Assembly (NCBI RefSeq): GCF_001194135.2
Contig: NC_068984.1
Span: forward strand, 117,605,102-117,639,930
DNA from: Octopus bimaculoides
Taxonomy: Eukaryota
Direction of reading: 5' to 3'
DNA length: 34,829 nucleotides
Shown here: in pieces, positions 1 through 10,384 of the stretch
Numbering within the stretch: position 1 is the stretch's first letter
How the letters are laid out: every line of letters starts with the position of its first letter
Position numbers and translations under genes: made by a program
The notes under the pieces: model-generated
Told to the model about the DNA's origin: nothing
Database searches by the model: none
Seen by the model: only the letters and a program-made list of their open reading frames with translations

Positions 1-167
1 TATAAATTATTAGGTATTTACATTTGCAAACGCCTAATAATTTATAATAATTTATAAACATCTAATTATTAAAGTGGAAAAATTATCAGAAGAGCTATTA
101 CTATTCATTTTTTCCAATATATAACATTTGTACCAAAGACTTTCTGTTTCTAATCATACAATACATG

Positions 168-206
<39 letters not shown>

Positions 207-892
207 ACATATAGGTCACATTATATGGATTCAAGTAATTAGGTAGTAATCATATAAAAGCTCCTTAATCTATCATTCTAAAGAACATAAAGAATATGCA
301 ATACAAGAGAAAATGATAAGGAGAGTGTGAAGCCTGAGGACGTAGCTTAAATTCTGCATTATTTTGAGAGACTATTTTTGCATTTCGCATTAGTGTAGGC
401 ATCTATGTAATTTATTTATCATTAAATATAGTAATATAAATCATTTACATGTTTTTTAGTTACGAAACAATTTGTCATGAAATTGGAAATTTCTTATTGT
501 TAAATAAAATCTCATCAAAGTACTTCACCGTCATTTGTGACTGTATAAATAAACATTTATGTACATGTACGTGCATTTATATATGAAAGGTTTCTATACA
601 TTTTCTCTCAACCTACTACTCTGACAAGGCATTGGTCTATCAAGGGCTATAGCAGAAGACAACTTGATCAGAGTAACATGCAGTGAGATAGAACACACAA
701 CAACATTATGAAGTGAAATGATTATCCACACAGCAATGCCTTCCCGTATGATATAATATAAGTTTATACCTCATACCCCGATAAAGATAATACATGTATG
801 TCTGTCTTTTGAAATTTCCTTTCAATTGTTTTTTCTTCATAACATACCATTTTACAGTTTTATTCAATTCTGTGTTTGCATGTGTATGTGTG

Positions 893-961
893 TGAGAGAG
901 AGAGAAAGGGGAAGAGAGAGAGAGAGAGAAAGAGAGTGGAAGAAAGAGAGAGAGAGAGAGG
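893..961 (+). repeat. (GA)n-rich microsatellite
   Basis: Directly visible; explains the RERE and SLSL ORFs. Confidence 0.95.
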
Positions 962-1307
962 AATATGGAGTCATTCTGCTGTGGCCATGCTGGTGCAATG
1001 ACTTGAAGGTTTTACTCAAACAAATTGACCCAGTATTTCTGTTTATTTTTGTAAAAAACAAAGTACTGGGATCAATTTGTTCGTTGTCCATTGTTGAACT
1101 GTTATGTTATGGCAGGTGTAAAGATTTCGTTTAGGAGCCGATGAAAACTTTATTTCGAAGAATTTCTCAATATAGTTCTACATAATGTCTTGATTAAGGG
1201 CATAACTACAGAGTTGTACCCCACCACTTTGGAAGGTCATAAATTTCAGAAAAATGAATATTTTTTAATGAAATTTTCTATGCATATATTATTTATTATG
1301 TAGATTA

Positions 1308-1790
1308 NNNNNNNNNNNNNNNNNNNNNNNNNNNNNNNNNNNNNNNNNNNNNNNNNNNNNNNNNNNNNNNNNNNNNNNNNNNNNNNNNNNNNNNNNNNNN
1401 NNNNNNNNNNNNNNNNNNNNNNNNNNNNNNNNNNNNNNNNNNNNNNNNNNNNNNNNNNNNNNNNNNNNNNNNNNNNNNNNNNNNNNNNNNNNNNNNNNNN
1501 NNNNNNNNNNNNNNNNNNNNNNNNNNNNNNNNNNNNNNNNNNNNNNNNNNNNNNNNNNNNNNNNNNNNNNNNNNNNNNNNNNNNNNNNNNNNNNNNNNNN
1601 NNNNNNNNNNNNNNNNNNNNNNNNNNNNNNNNNNNNNNNNNNNNNNNNNNNNNNNNNNNNNNNNNNNNNNNNNNNNNNNNNNNNNNNNNNNNNNNNNNNN
1701 NNNNNNNNNNNNNNNNNNNNNNNNNNNNNNNNNNNNNNNNNNNNNNNNNNNNNNNNNNNNNNNNNNNNNNNNNNNNNNNNNNNNNNNNNN
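1308..1790. other. Assembly gap (483 N)
   Basis: N run. Confidence 1.
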
Positions 1791-1960
1791 ATGCTGGTGT
1801 GTTTACATCCCTGTAACTTAGCGGTTCGGCAAAAGGGTCTAATAGAATAAGTACTAGGTTACCAAAGAATAAGTTCTGGGGTTGATTTGTTCGACTAAAG
1901 GTGGTGCTCCAGCATGGCTGCAGTCAAATGACTGAAACAAGTAAAAGAATAAAAGAATAA
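1791..1960 (+). mobile_element. SINE-B 3' half
   Basis: gctggtgtgtttacatccctgtaacttagcggttcggc...gactgaaacaagtaaaagaat; the same sequence recurs at 6241, 11752, 19300, 25735 and 28673. Confidence 0.85.
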
Positions 1961-2461
1961 ATCTACAATTCAAAATTACCTTCCTTTGCCTTCATCTTAG
2001 CCCTTAGTTCTTTACATAAGCCATTTTCCATTTCACAATTCTTTATACCAGCTATTTTTAATGCTGCAATTTGTTCATGTTTTATTTTGAGCCAGCATAT
2101 TTAATTAATGATAAACAATAAGACAAAAGAATGATATGATGTCTTATACAACATTTACAAACTATCTTTGCAGATAAGAATGCTTTAATCTATATTTAAA
2201 TAATGGGTAAATTATTTTGTTTAAATAAGGAATAACGAATATGTTGCAACTGGTACATACATACATACATATGTTAATACATACATATGTTTGTACGTAT
2301 GTACATATGTACCTATGTATGTATGGATGCATGCCTATATGTATCTATGTAGTTACACACACACACACATGGACTGAACCTGGAACCATGTGGTTGGGAA
2401 GCAAGCTTCTAATTTCTTTATTGCTCACAAGGGGCTAAACATAGAGGGGGACAAACAAGGA

Positions 2462-2561
2462 NNNNNNNNNNNNNNNNNNNNNNNNNNNNNNNNNNNNNNN
2501 NNNNNNNNNNNNNNNNNNNNNNNNNNNNNNNNNNNNNNNNNNNNNNNNNNNNNNNNNNNNN
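2462..2561. other. Assembly gap (100 N, probably unsized)
   Basis: N run of exactly 100. Confidence 1.
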
Positions 2562-2634
2562 TATATGCTCCAGCATGGCTGCAGTCAAATGACTGAAACA
2601 AGTGAGGGTAAAAGAATATATATACACATACATA

Positions 2635-2780
2635 CAGTGGGTTTCTTACAATTTCTGTCAATAAGCTTTACCCACAAGGCATCGGTTAGCCTTGAGCGTC
2701 TTGCCCAAGGTACTGCACAGTGGAACTGAACCCAAAAGGACCATGTGGGTGGGAAGCAAACTTCTTAAACATACAGCCTG
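2635..2780 (-). mobile_element. SINE-B tRNA-like head, diverged
   Basis: Similar to the reverse complement of the head at 17052-17200. Confidence 0.7.
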
Positions 2781-2997
2781 GCTTGCACCAACCAATTCCT
2801 GTTACTGACTGGTTTCATGGTAAAGAACCTTCCAAGTGAGGAAACACAGAACCATTTGGTGTTATGAGACTAAATTTATAATACTATAGACATAATATGC
2901 TCACTTTATTGCCTAATATATGAGTGCCTGCTTTTTTCTGACTTATTGGAGAACTATATATATGTGTGTGTGTGTGTATGCATATATATATGTGTGT

Positions 2998-3033
<36 letters not shown>

Positions 3034-3857
3034 CTTTGTACATATACATATATATGTATATATGTATGTATATATATATATGTATGTATGCATGCATATA
3101 TGTATGTATTTACAGGTGTTTGTATGTATGTATGGAAATATACTGAAACTGTATACTGTGCATTAACCAATCTTACTTTTCATCACCTAACTAAGAGCAG
3201 TAGTATACTTAGTGAATGAACGAAAAGCAACCTTGAATAACAACACATAAAATGGCCGACAGAAATTACTATAGCCAACATAAATTGCTTTAACTATTAA
3301 AATGAATAACTATTTTCAAAGTTATTGAAGGTGATTAACTTTCTAAATTTATTGAATTCATCAATTTTAAAACTATTTCTTATTTGATGTTGTTTAGTTT
3401 CTAATAGGATTCACTGGCTGATATAATTTTCTCAGACAGATTTGCATCTATAAATCAATTATGCTTTTCTCGGCCATTTGGCAAACAGGCAGCTTTGGTG
3501 AGGTGCCACATTAATGGTGTCATGAAATTTTCTGTAAGAATTCCAGCATCTGATATCTACAATAATATTGAAGTCTTCATTGTAAAAGGAAAAAGCTCTT
3601 GCTTTGCTTCTATTATTATCTTTTCTTGAAGAATATAGGAAGTATCATATCTCAATAAGTTCTCTGTTGATGGAATAATGATATTTATTGTAGACAGACA
3701 GATCTCAGATCTCACATTTGTCAGCAACAACTTAACCCTATTAATACCATCTCACCTGAGACAAACTCTGGTTCTCTCATACAAACTTCTTATTTTAAAA
3801 ACAATTTAAATTGAAGCCTGCCATCAATATTTTGTGTTAATGTGTTTTCCAAACAAT

Positions 3858-4060
3858 GGTGGCGAACTGGCTGAATCATAACCACACTGGGCAAAATGCA
3901 TAGCAGCATTATGTTCTGAGTTCAAATTCCACCTAGGTTGACTTTGCCTTTTATCCTTTTGGGGTCAATAAAATAAGTTCCAGTTGAGCACTGGGGTCCA
4001 TGAAATAGTTTCACTGCCTCCCCCAATCTTACTGGCCTTGTGTCAAAATTTGAAATCAAT
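3858..4060 (+). mobile_element. SINE-A (tRNA-derived)
   Basis: ggtggcgaactggctgaatc A-box-like, gagttcaaattcc B-box-like, then gttgactttgccttttatccttttggggtcaataaaataagt, shared with many copies. Confidence 0.8.
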
Positions 4061-4089
4061 ATTTTGTGTCAATATATTTTCCATACAAA

Positions 4090-4183
4090 GGTGGTGAGCC
4101 AGCAGAGTCAGAGCCAAATGCTAGCAGTGTTATGTTCTGAGTTCAAATTCCACCAAGGTTGACTTCAACTTTCATCCTTTCGG
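4090..4183 (+). mobile_element. SINE-A, second truncated tandem copy
   Basis: Same head and B-box, truncated after catcctttcgg. Confidence 0.75.
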
Positions 4184-4241
4184 ATGATGATTATTATGAT
4201 AATGTGCCAGGCCATGAAGCAGCAGACTTACTCTGTTTGCC

Positions 4242-4683
4242 AAATTTAAGAGTCAATAAAGTGCCAAATTTGAGAGATTCAAATATTTCCAGATTTAAGG
4301 AATCCAAAGATTATTGGATTTAAGGAGCCCAATCATTGTGAAGTTTAAGACATCCAAAAATTTTCAGGTTTGAGAAGTACAAAAACTGTGAGATTTAAGA
4401 AGTCAGAAAGCTGCTAGATTAAAGGGGTCCAAAAATTGCCAAATTTAAGATGTCCAAAAATTTCCAGATTTAAGAGGTCCAAAAATTGTCAAATTTAAAC
4501 CTTCCCAAAATTTCCAAATTTAAGAGGTCAAAAATTTTTCAGATTGAAAGAGGTTCAAAAATTGCCAAATTTAAACCCTCCCAAAATTTTCACATTTAAG
4601 AGGTCAAAAATTTTCCAGATTGAAGAGGTCCAAAAATTATCAAATTTAAACAGTCCAAAAATTGTCAAATTGAAGGAGTCCAA
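4242..4683 (+). repeat. 25-bp minisatellite, ~18 units, consensus about aaatttaagaggtccaaaaattkyc
   Basis: Units parsed by eye: 15 of 25 bp, one of 24, one of 26, plus a partial unit. Confidence 0.92.
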
Positions 4684-5172
4684 CATGTACATGCTTTACT
4701 AATTGTGGTGAAATTTGAATACAGAATATAAGAAAAACTGTAACTAAGTACTGCAAGGCATTTGTCCAATACTCTACTGCTACAGTTAATATATAAACCA
4801 TAGACAGCTTGATTTATCAGTGATAGAAAGAAGCATCATATCTGGTACAAACATTAGTTCAAACTTTAACCACTGTCATTCTATTGTATTCAAAACCAAT
4901 GCACAATATATTTTCTTACCTTAGCAAAGAAAAAGAGAAAAAAAAATCAAGCCAAACAATAAATTCTATATGCACTTCATTGTCCATATGTTTAATATCA
5001 AAAGAGGAAATCCTATCTATTCAATATCTCTTGCAGCATTTCAATTGAAACATATCTAAACATGAAGTGTATGTGCAAGAAAAAACAGCTGTGCTGGTAG
5101 GCACGTGTGTAATGCAAATGGATGCTATATGGCGATACTGTGATATTGTGTTGGGAGATGGCTATGATAGCA

Positions 5173-5174
<2 letters not shown>

Positions 5175-5217
<43 letters not shown>

Positions 5218-5285
5218 GTAATAATAATAGTAATAATAATAACAATGACAATGATGATGATGATGATGATGGTGATAACAACAAA
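5175..5285 (+). repeat. Compound (AAT)n/(GAT)n microsatellite
   Basis: Directly visible. Confidence 0.95.
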
Positions 5286-5416
5286 ATTAGAAACTGAAGT
5301 AATGTAGACTAAACAAAAGCTTGAGGCAAAGTAAGTATGGCGATAAAGTTCTAGGCCTTTCAGATTGGATGAAGTAATGCTGAATCCACTGAACACAGAT
5401 AAATAAATATAAGCAC

Positions 5417-5465
<49 letters not shown>

Positions 5466-5511
5466 CATAGACATATACACATATACATGTCTGATTATAC
5501 ACATATATATA

Positions 5512-5547
<36 letters not shown>

Positions 5548-5549
5548 AG

Positions 5550-5590
<41 letters not shown>

Positions 5591-6131
5591 NNNNNNNNNN
5601 NNNNNNNNNNNNNNNNNNNNNNNNNNNNNNNNNNNNNNNNNNNNNNNNNNNNNNNNNNNNNNNNNNNNNNNNNNNNNNNNNNNNNNNNNNNNNNNNNNNN
5701 NNNNNNNNNNNNNNNNNNNNNNNNNNNNNNNNNNNNNNNNNNNNNNNNNNNNNNNNNNNNNNNNNNNNNNNNNNNNNNNNNNNNNNNNNNNNNNNNNNNN
5801 NNNNNNNNNNNNNNNNNNNNNNNNNNNNNNNNNNNNNNNNNNNNNNNNNNNNNNNNNNNNNNNNNNNNNNNNNNNNNNNNNNNNNNNNNNNNNNNNNNNN
5901 NNNNNNNNNNNNNNNNNNNNNNNNNNNNNNNNNNNNNNNNNNNNNNNNNNNNNNNNNNNNNNNNNNNNNNNNNNNNNNNNNNNNNNNNNNNNNNNNNNNN
6001 NNNNNNNNNNNNNNNNNNNNNNNNNNNNNNNNNNNNNNNNNNNNNNNNNNNNNNNNNNNNNNNNNNNNNNNNNNNNNNNNNNNNNNNNNNNNNNNNNNNN
6101 NNNNNNNNNNNNNNNNNNNNNNNNNNNNNNN
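5591..6131. other. Assembly gap (541 N)
   Basis: N run. Confidence 1.
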
Positions 6132-6240
6132 TGTGTGTGTGTGTGTGTGTGTATACATAGACATATACACATATACATGTCTGATTATACACATATATAT
6201 ATGTGTGTGTGTGTGTGTGTGTATGTGCGTGTGTGTGTGT

Positions 6241-6450
6241 GTGTGTTTGTGTTTGTCCCCCCTACATCGCTTGACAACCGATGCTGGTGTGTTTACGTCA
6301 TCGTAACTTAGCAGTTCGGCAAAAGAGACCGATAGAATAAGTACTAGGCTTCCAAAGAATAAGTCTTGGGGTCGATTTGCTTGACTAAAGGTGGTGCTCC
6401 AGCATGGCCACAGTCAAAAGACTGAAACAAGTAAAAGAGTAAAAGAGAGT
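6241..6450 (+). mobile_element. SINE-B 3' half following a (TG)n linker
   Basis: gtttgtcccccctacatcgcttgacaaccgatgctgg...gtaaaagagtaaaagag. Confidence 0.88.
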
Positions 6451-6754
6451 ACCATGTAGAAGAAAGCTTATCAAAGTCAGCTGTTCGCCCCAGGAAGGTG
6501 GTTGGCTCAAACTTTAAAACTGACATATAAGTTAAAAGGGAGTGTAAGGGTGGTGATAGATGCACCTTTACCATTTTTAAAGCATCTGTTTTCTATTTAG
6601 ATATTAACTTTTAGAATAAATTCTATTGTGATATTGTGATAAACTTCTTGTTAGCCAAAATCACTACAAGAACAACAATAATAATGGACGTCAAAATTGT
6701 GAATAAGTAAATAAAACAAAATCGAATGTATATGACCTTTGCATATTAATTCAT

Positions 6755-7000
6755 CATCATCATCATTTAATGCCTACTTTTCCATGCTTGCATGGGTCAG
6801 ATGGAATTTGTTGAGGCAGATTTTTCTATGCCCAGATACCTTTATGCTTGCCAATCCTCACTTGTTTGCAAGTAAGGTAATAGTTCGATATATTTTCCAC
6901 AGAAGACTGGAAGGGAACGACCATGCTGGTATGATGATGCTCATCTACAGCAATCACAATGGCTTGACAAGGCAGGTACACAGAAACACATGCACACATA
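6755..7000 (-). mobile_element. RTE-3'UTR-related repeat variant with (GAT)n tail
   Basis: (CAT)n followed by tttccatgcttgcatgggtcagatgg; similar to 22590, 26500 and 31400. Confidence 0.6.
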
Positions 7001-7067
7001 CACCCACACGCACGTGTGAACGCACACACACGTACACACTTACCCACACACACACACAAACACACAC

Positions 7068-7213
7068 AATGGGCTTCTTTCAGTTTCTATTTACCATACC
7101 TACTCACAAGGCTTTTGTTGGTTCAGAGTATAGTAGAAGACACCTGTCCATGGTGCTGCATTGTGGGATTGAATCCAAGACCATGTGGTTGGGAAACAAG
7201 CTTCTTAACCACA
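7068..7213 (-). mobile_element. SINE-B tRNA-like head
   Basis: gggcttctttcagtttc...ccatgtggttgggaaacaagcttcttaaccaca. Confidence 0.8.
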
Positions 7214-7401
7214 TCTATTATAAACAATCATTGTCATCATCATCATCATCATCATCTTTTAATGTCTGTTTTCTATCTATTGTAAACAATAAACAAAAGT
7301 ATAAATTAAAGAGATAAGGCCAAAATTAGTTGGTATTCCCATACATGCAAAATAGATGGCCATTGCAGCTCTCATATTAGATAATATCCTGACTGAGTGT
7401 A

Positions 7402-7437
<36 letters not shown>

Positions 7438-7443
7438 TAATCA

Positions 7444-7790
7444 GCATCATCATCATCGTTTAACGTCCGCTTTCCATGCTAACATGGGTTGGACGATTTG
7501 ACTGAGGACTGGTGGACCAGGAGGCGACACCAGGCTCCAATCTGATTTGGCAGAGTTTCTACAGCTGGATGCCCTTCCTAACACCAACCACTCCGAGAGT
7601 GTAATGGGTGCTTTTATGCGCCACCGGCACGAGGGCCAGTCATACAGTACTTACAATGGCCACGCTCAAAAGGGTGTTTTTTACGTGCCACCTGCACGGG
7701 AGCCAGTCTAGCGGCACTGATAACGACCTCGCTCGAATGATTTTCTAAAGTGCCACCAGCACATGTGCTAGAAGGCAACACTCTGAAATC
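7444..7790 (-). mobile_element. RTE-3'UTR-related repeat with (GAT)n tail; may extend to ~7960
   Basis: (CAT)n-cgtttaacgtccgctttccatgct...ggatgcccttcctaacaccaaccactccgagagtg; inverted relative to 8515-8785. Confidence 0.85.
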
Positions 7791-8090
7791 CGGATCCGTT
7801 CGTGCTACAGATCATGGTGAGAGGGATAACTTCCCTTGGCAAACAGGTCACAGTCGTGTGTTGATAAGCCAGCTGGAGGAGATGTCCTCCTGGGGCTAAA
7901 AGCAACAGTAACATCCACCCCTAGGGGTCAGCCACACTTAAGTGGCAATATACTACACTTTATCGTGCAGTTACTGTTAATACTTCATTTAGAGAATTAA
8001 CATTGCTTGTTTTCACCTTTTCGATATCAGTGAAGAATTTCACTGGAAAAGTAGATATAAGATTGCCAGGTTTTTGTCTCTCTCACCAAG

Positions 8091-8490
8091 NNNNNNNNNN
8101 NNNNNNNNNNNNNNNNNNNNNNNNNNNNNNNNNNNNNNNNNNNNNNNNNNNNNNNNNNNNNNNNNNNNNNNNNNNNNNNNNNNNNNNNNNNNNNNNNNNN
8201 NNNNNNNNNNNNNNNNNNNNNNNNNNNNNNNNNNNNNNNNNNNNNNNNNNNNNNNNNNNNNNNNNNNNNNNNNNNNNNNNNNNNNNNNNNNNNNNNNNNN
8301 NNNNNNNNNNNNNNNNNNNNNNNNNNNNNNNNNNNNNNNNNNNNNNNNNNNNNNNNNNNNNNNNNNNNNNNNNNNNNNNNNNNNNNNNNNNNNNNNNNNN
8401 NNNNNNNNNNNNNNNNNNNNNNNNNNNNNNNNNNNNNNNNNNNNNNNNNNNNNNNNNNNNNNNNNNNNNNNNNNNNNNNNNNNNNNNNNN
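8091..8490. other. Assembly gap (400 N)
   Basis: N run. Confidence 1.
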
Positions 8491-8511
8491 TATATATATA
8501 TATATATATGT

Positions 8512-8785
8512 TCTCGAGCGAGATCGTTGCCAGTGCCCCTGGACTGGCTCTTGTGCGGGTGGCACATAAAAGACACCATTTCGAGTGTGGCCGTTTTCGT
8601 GCGGGTGACACGTAAAAGCACCCACTACACTCTCTGAGTGGTTGGCGTTAGGAAGGGCATCCAGCTGTAGAAACTCTGCCAAATTAGATTGGAGCCTGGT
8701 GTAGCCATCCGGTTGCACCAGTCCTCAGTCAAATCGTCCAACCCATGCTAGCATGGAAAGCGGACGTTAAACGATGATGATGATG
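8512..8785 (+). mobile_element. RTE-3'UTR-related repeat with (GAT)n tail
   Basis: gagtggttggcgttaggaagggcatccagctgtag...gcggacgttaaacgatgatgatgatg. Confidence 0.88.
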
Positions 8786-8923
8786 TAAATATGCATAAAT
8801 AAATGTGGAGTTTATAATTTTGCTGAATCATTGCAAGAGGGTATCAAAAAGATGTTAGTAAAAGAAAGAGGGTGATAATTTTAAAAGTCTAAGAAGCACT
8901 GATTTAGATCACTCATTGGCTCA

Positions 8924-8965
8924 TAGAACATCTCTTGTAGAACATCTCTTGTAGAACATCTCTTG
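8924..8965 (+). repeat. Three perfect tandem copies of the 14-mer tagaacatctcttg
   Basis: 8924-8937, 8938-8951, 8952-8965. Confidence 0.95.
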
Positions 8966-9619
8966 GATAGATGAATTGCATAGGTATTCCCTAACTGCTT
9001 TGAACGTTGAATGCTTGACTGGTTTAGAGTATCAAGTTCATTTCTGACGGATCAAACAATCATGTAGAGGCTCCCTTATTAGTTCAGTTATGACAGAAAA
9101 TGAGCAGCACAATGACATTTTGCACATGGTGGGATCAATGTTGTTGATACCCAGCTTAAACATCTGTATATCAATGTGGGCCAGAAAAATCGGGTGGTTA
9201 CTTGCAATGAAGTAAACTCCTCTAATTAAAGAAGTTACACAGAGACAAGTAATGGTGTTCAATTGGGCTACATGAAGAGGGCTACCTCAAAGTACCAACC
9301 ACATGGGTTAATTATCTGGGTGCTGGGAATTTGGTGGTACCATGTTATGTGTTTAGGAACTTTGACATACAAAACAGAAAAATGTGAAAATAATAAAATT
9401 AACACATTTTTTGATATTTCTTTCAAAAATTGTATTAAAATCCACTTAATCTTGATGTTTATAGCTTTTAACCGCAGAAAATTTTTTAAATCATGCATGT
9501 AAAGATGTTGAAATTCAAGCTGCACAGGAAACCAGCAATCCTAGGGCCAACTCAGAGCATGTTGGGTCTAGCACCCACAGCCAAATTTTCTCTTATGAAA
9601 TCTAGAACTACAAAAGCTA

Positions 9620-9750
9620 ATGAGGTCAAGTCGGCCTGTCATCCTCTCAGGCTTAATAAAATAAGTACCAGTTGAGCACTAGGGCCAGTGTAATCAGCTA
9701 GCTCCCTCCCTGAAAATTTCAGGCGTTGCACCTATGGTAGAAAGGATTAT
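9620..9750 (+). mobile_element. SINE-A 3' half
   Basis: aataaaataagtaccagttgagcact...gtagaaaggattat. Confidence 0.7.
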
Positions 9751-10347
9751 GAAATCAAGAACTAAATTTCCTATCATTCAACATTGGAATATTTATGATG
9801 ATAGTTTTACAGTTCTAAATAAGTACTTGTTGTTATCATAGAAATTGGTGTCTTCTTTTAATAGCCACAGCTTCTACTTTGTTGAAATTGGTAATATCAA
9901 ATATATTCATGTATTGATTTCTTTGGAATAGGCACAAAGTAAATTATAATGAAAGAGGTGTGGTAGTCATTGAAAACAGACTTCAGACAAACAGGATTTG
10001 AAATAAGAATGTAGCAGAACAAAACAAAATGCGGTAAGGAACTAATTACTCTATGAAAATATTAAGGTATTGTTTAATGTTAAAATTAAGATCTTCTGCA
10101 AGAATGTGGAAGCAATTTAGATATTCCTGTTACAGATACAATATCTATTTGAGACATAGTTAAGTGGATCTTTGTGCATATTTTGATTCTTGATTTAGCT
10201 TATAAGATATGTTGATTGTTAGAAATACAACTGCAAGTCAATATTTCTGATTGCTTAAAACAAAATGCTAATGCATGCTCATGTATGTGCATGTGTGTGT
10301 ATGTGTGTGTATGTGAGTGTGTGTATCATCATCATTATCATATGATG

Positions 10348-10383
<36 letters not shown>

Positions 10384-10384
10384 C

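Noticed and set aside
1194-1307. TTAA followed by GGG, resembling a Kolobok-type transposon end
   Set aside because: No partner end is visible because the sequence runs into a gap, and TTAA is common in AT-rich DNA.
4242-4683. CRISPR-like appearance of the 25-bp array
   Set aside because: The units are contiguous with no unique spacers, there are no cas genes, and the context is a eukaryotic intron.
5287-5400. Possible junctophilin downstream exon after a minus-strand ttcag
   Set aside because: No frame resembles the junctophilin helix or transmembrane tail, and the polypyrimidine tract is weak.
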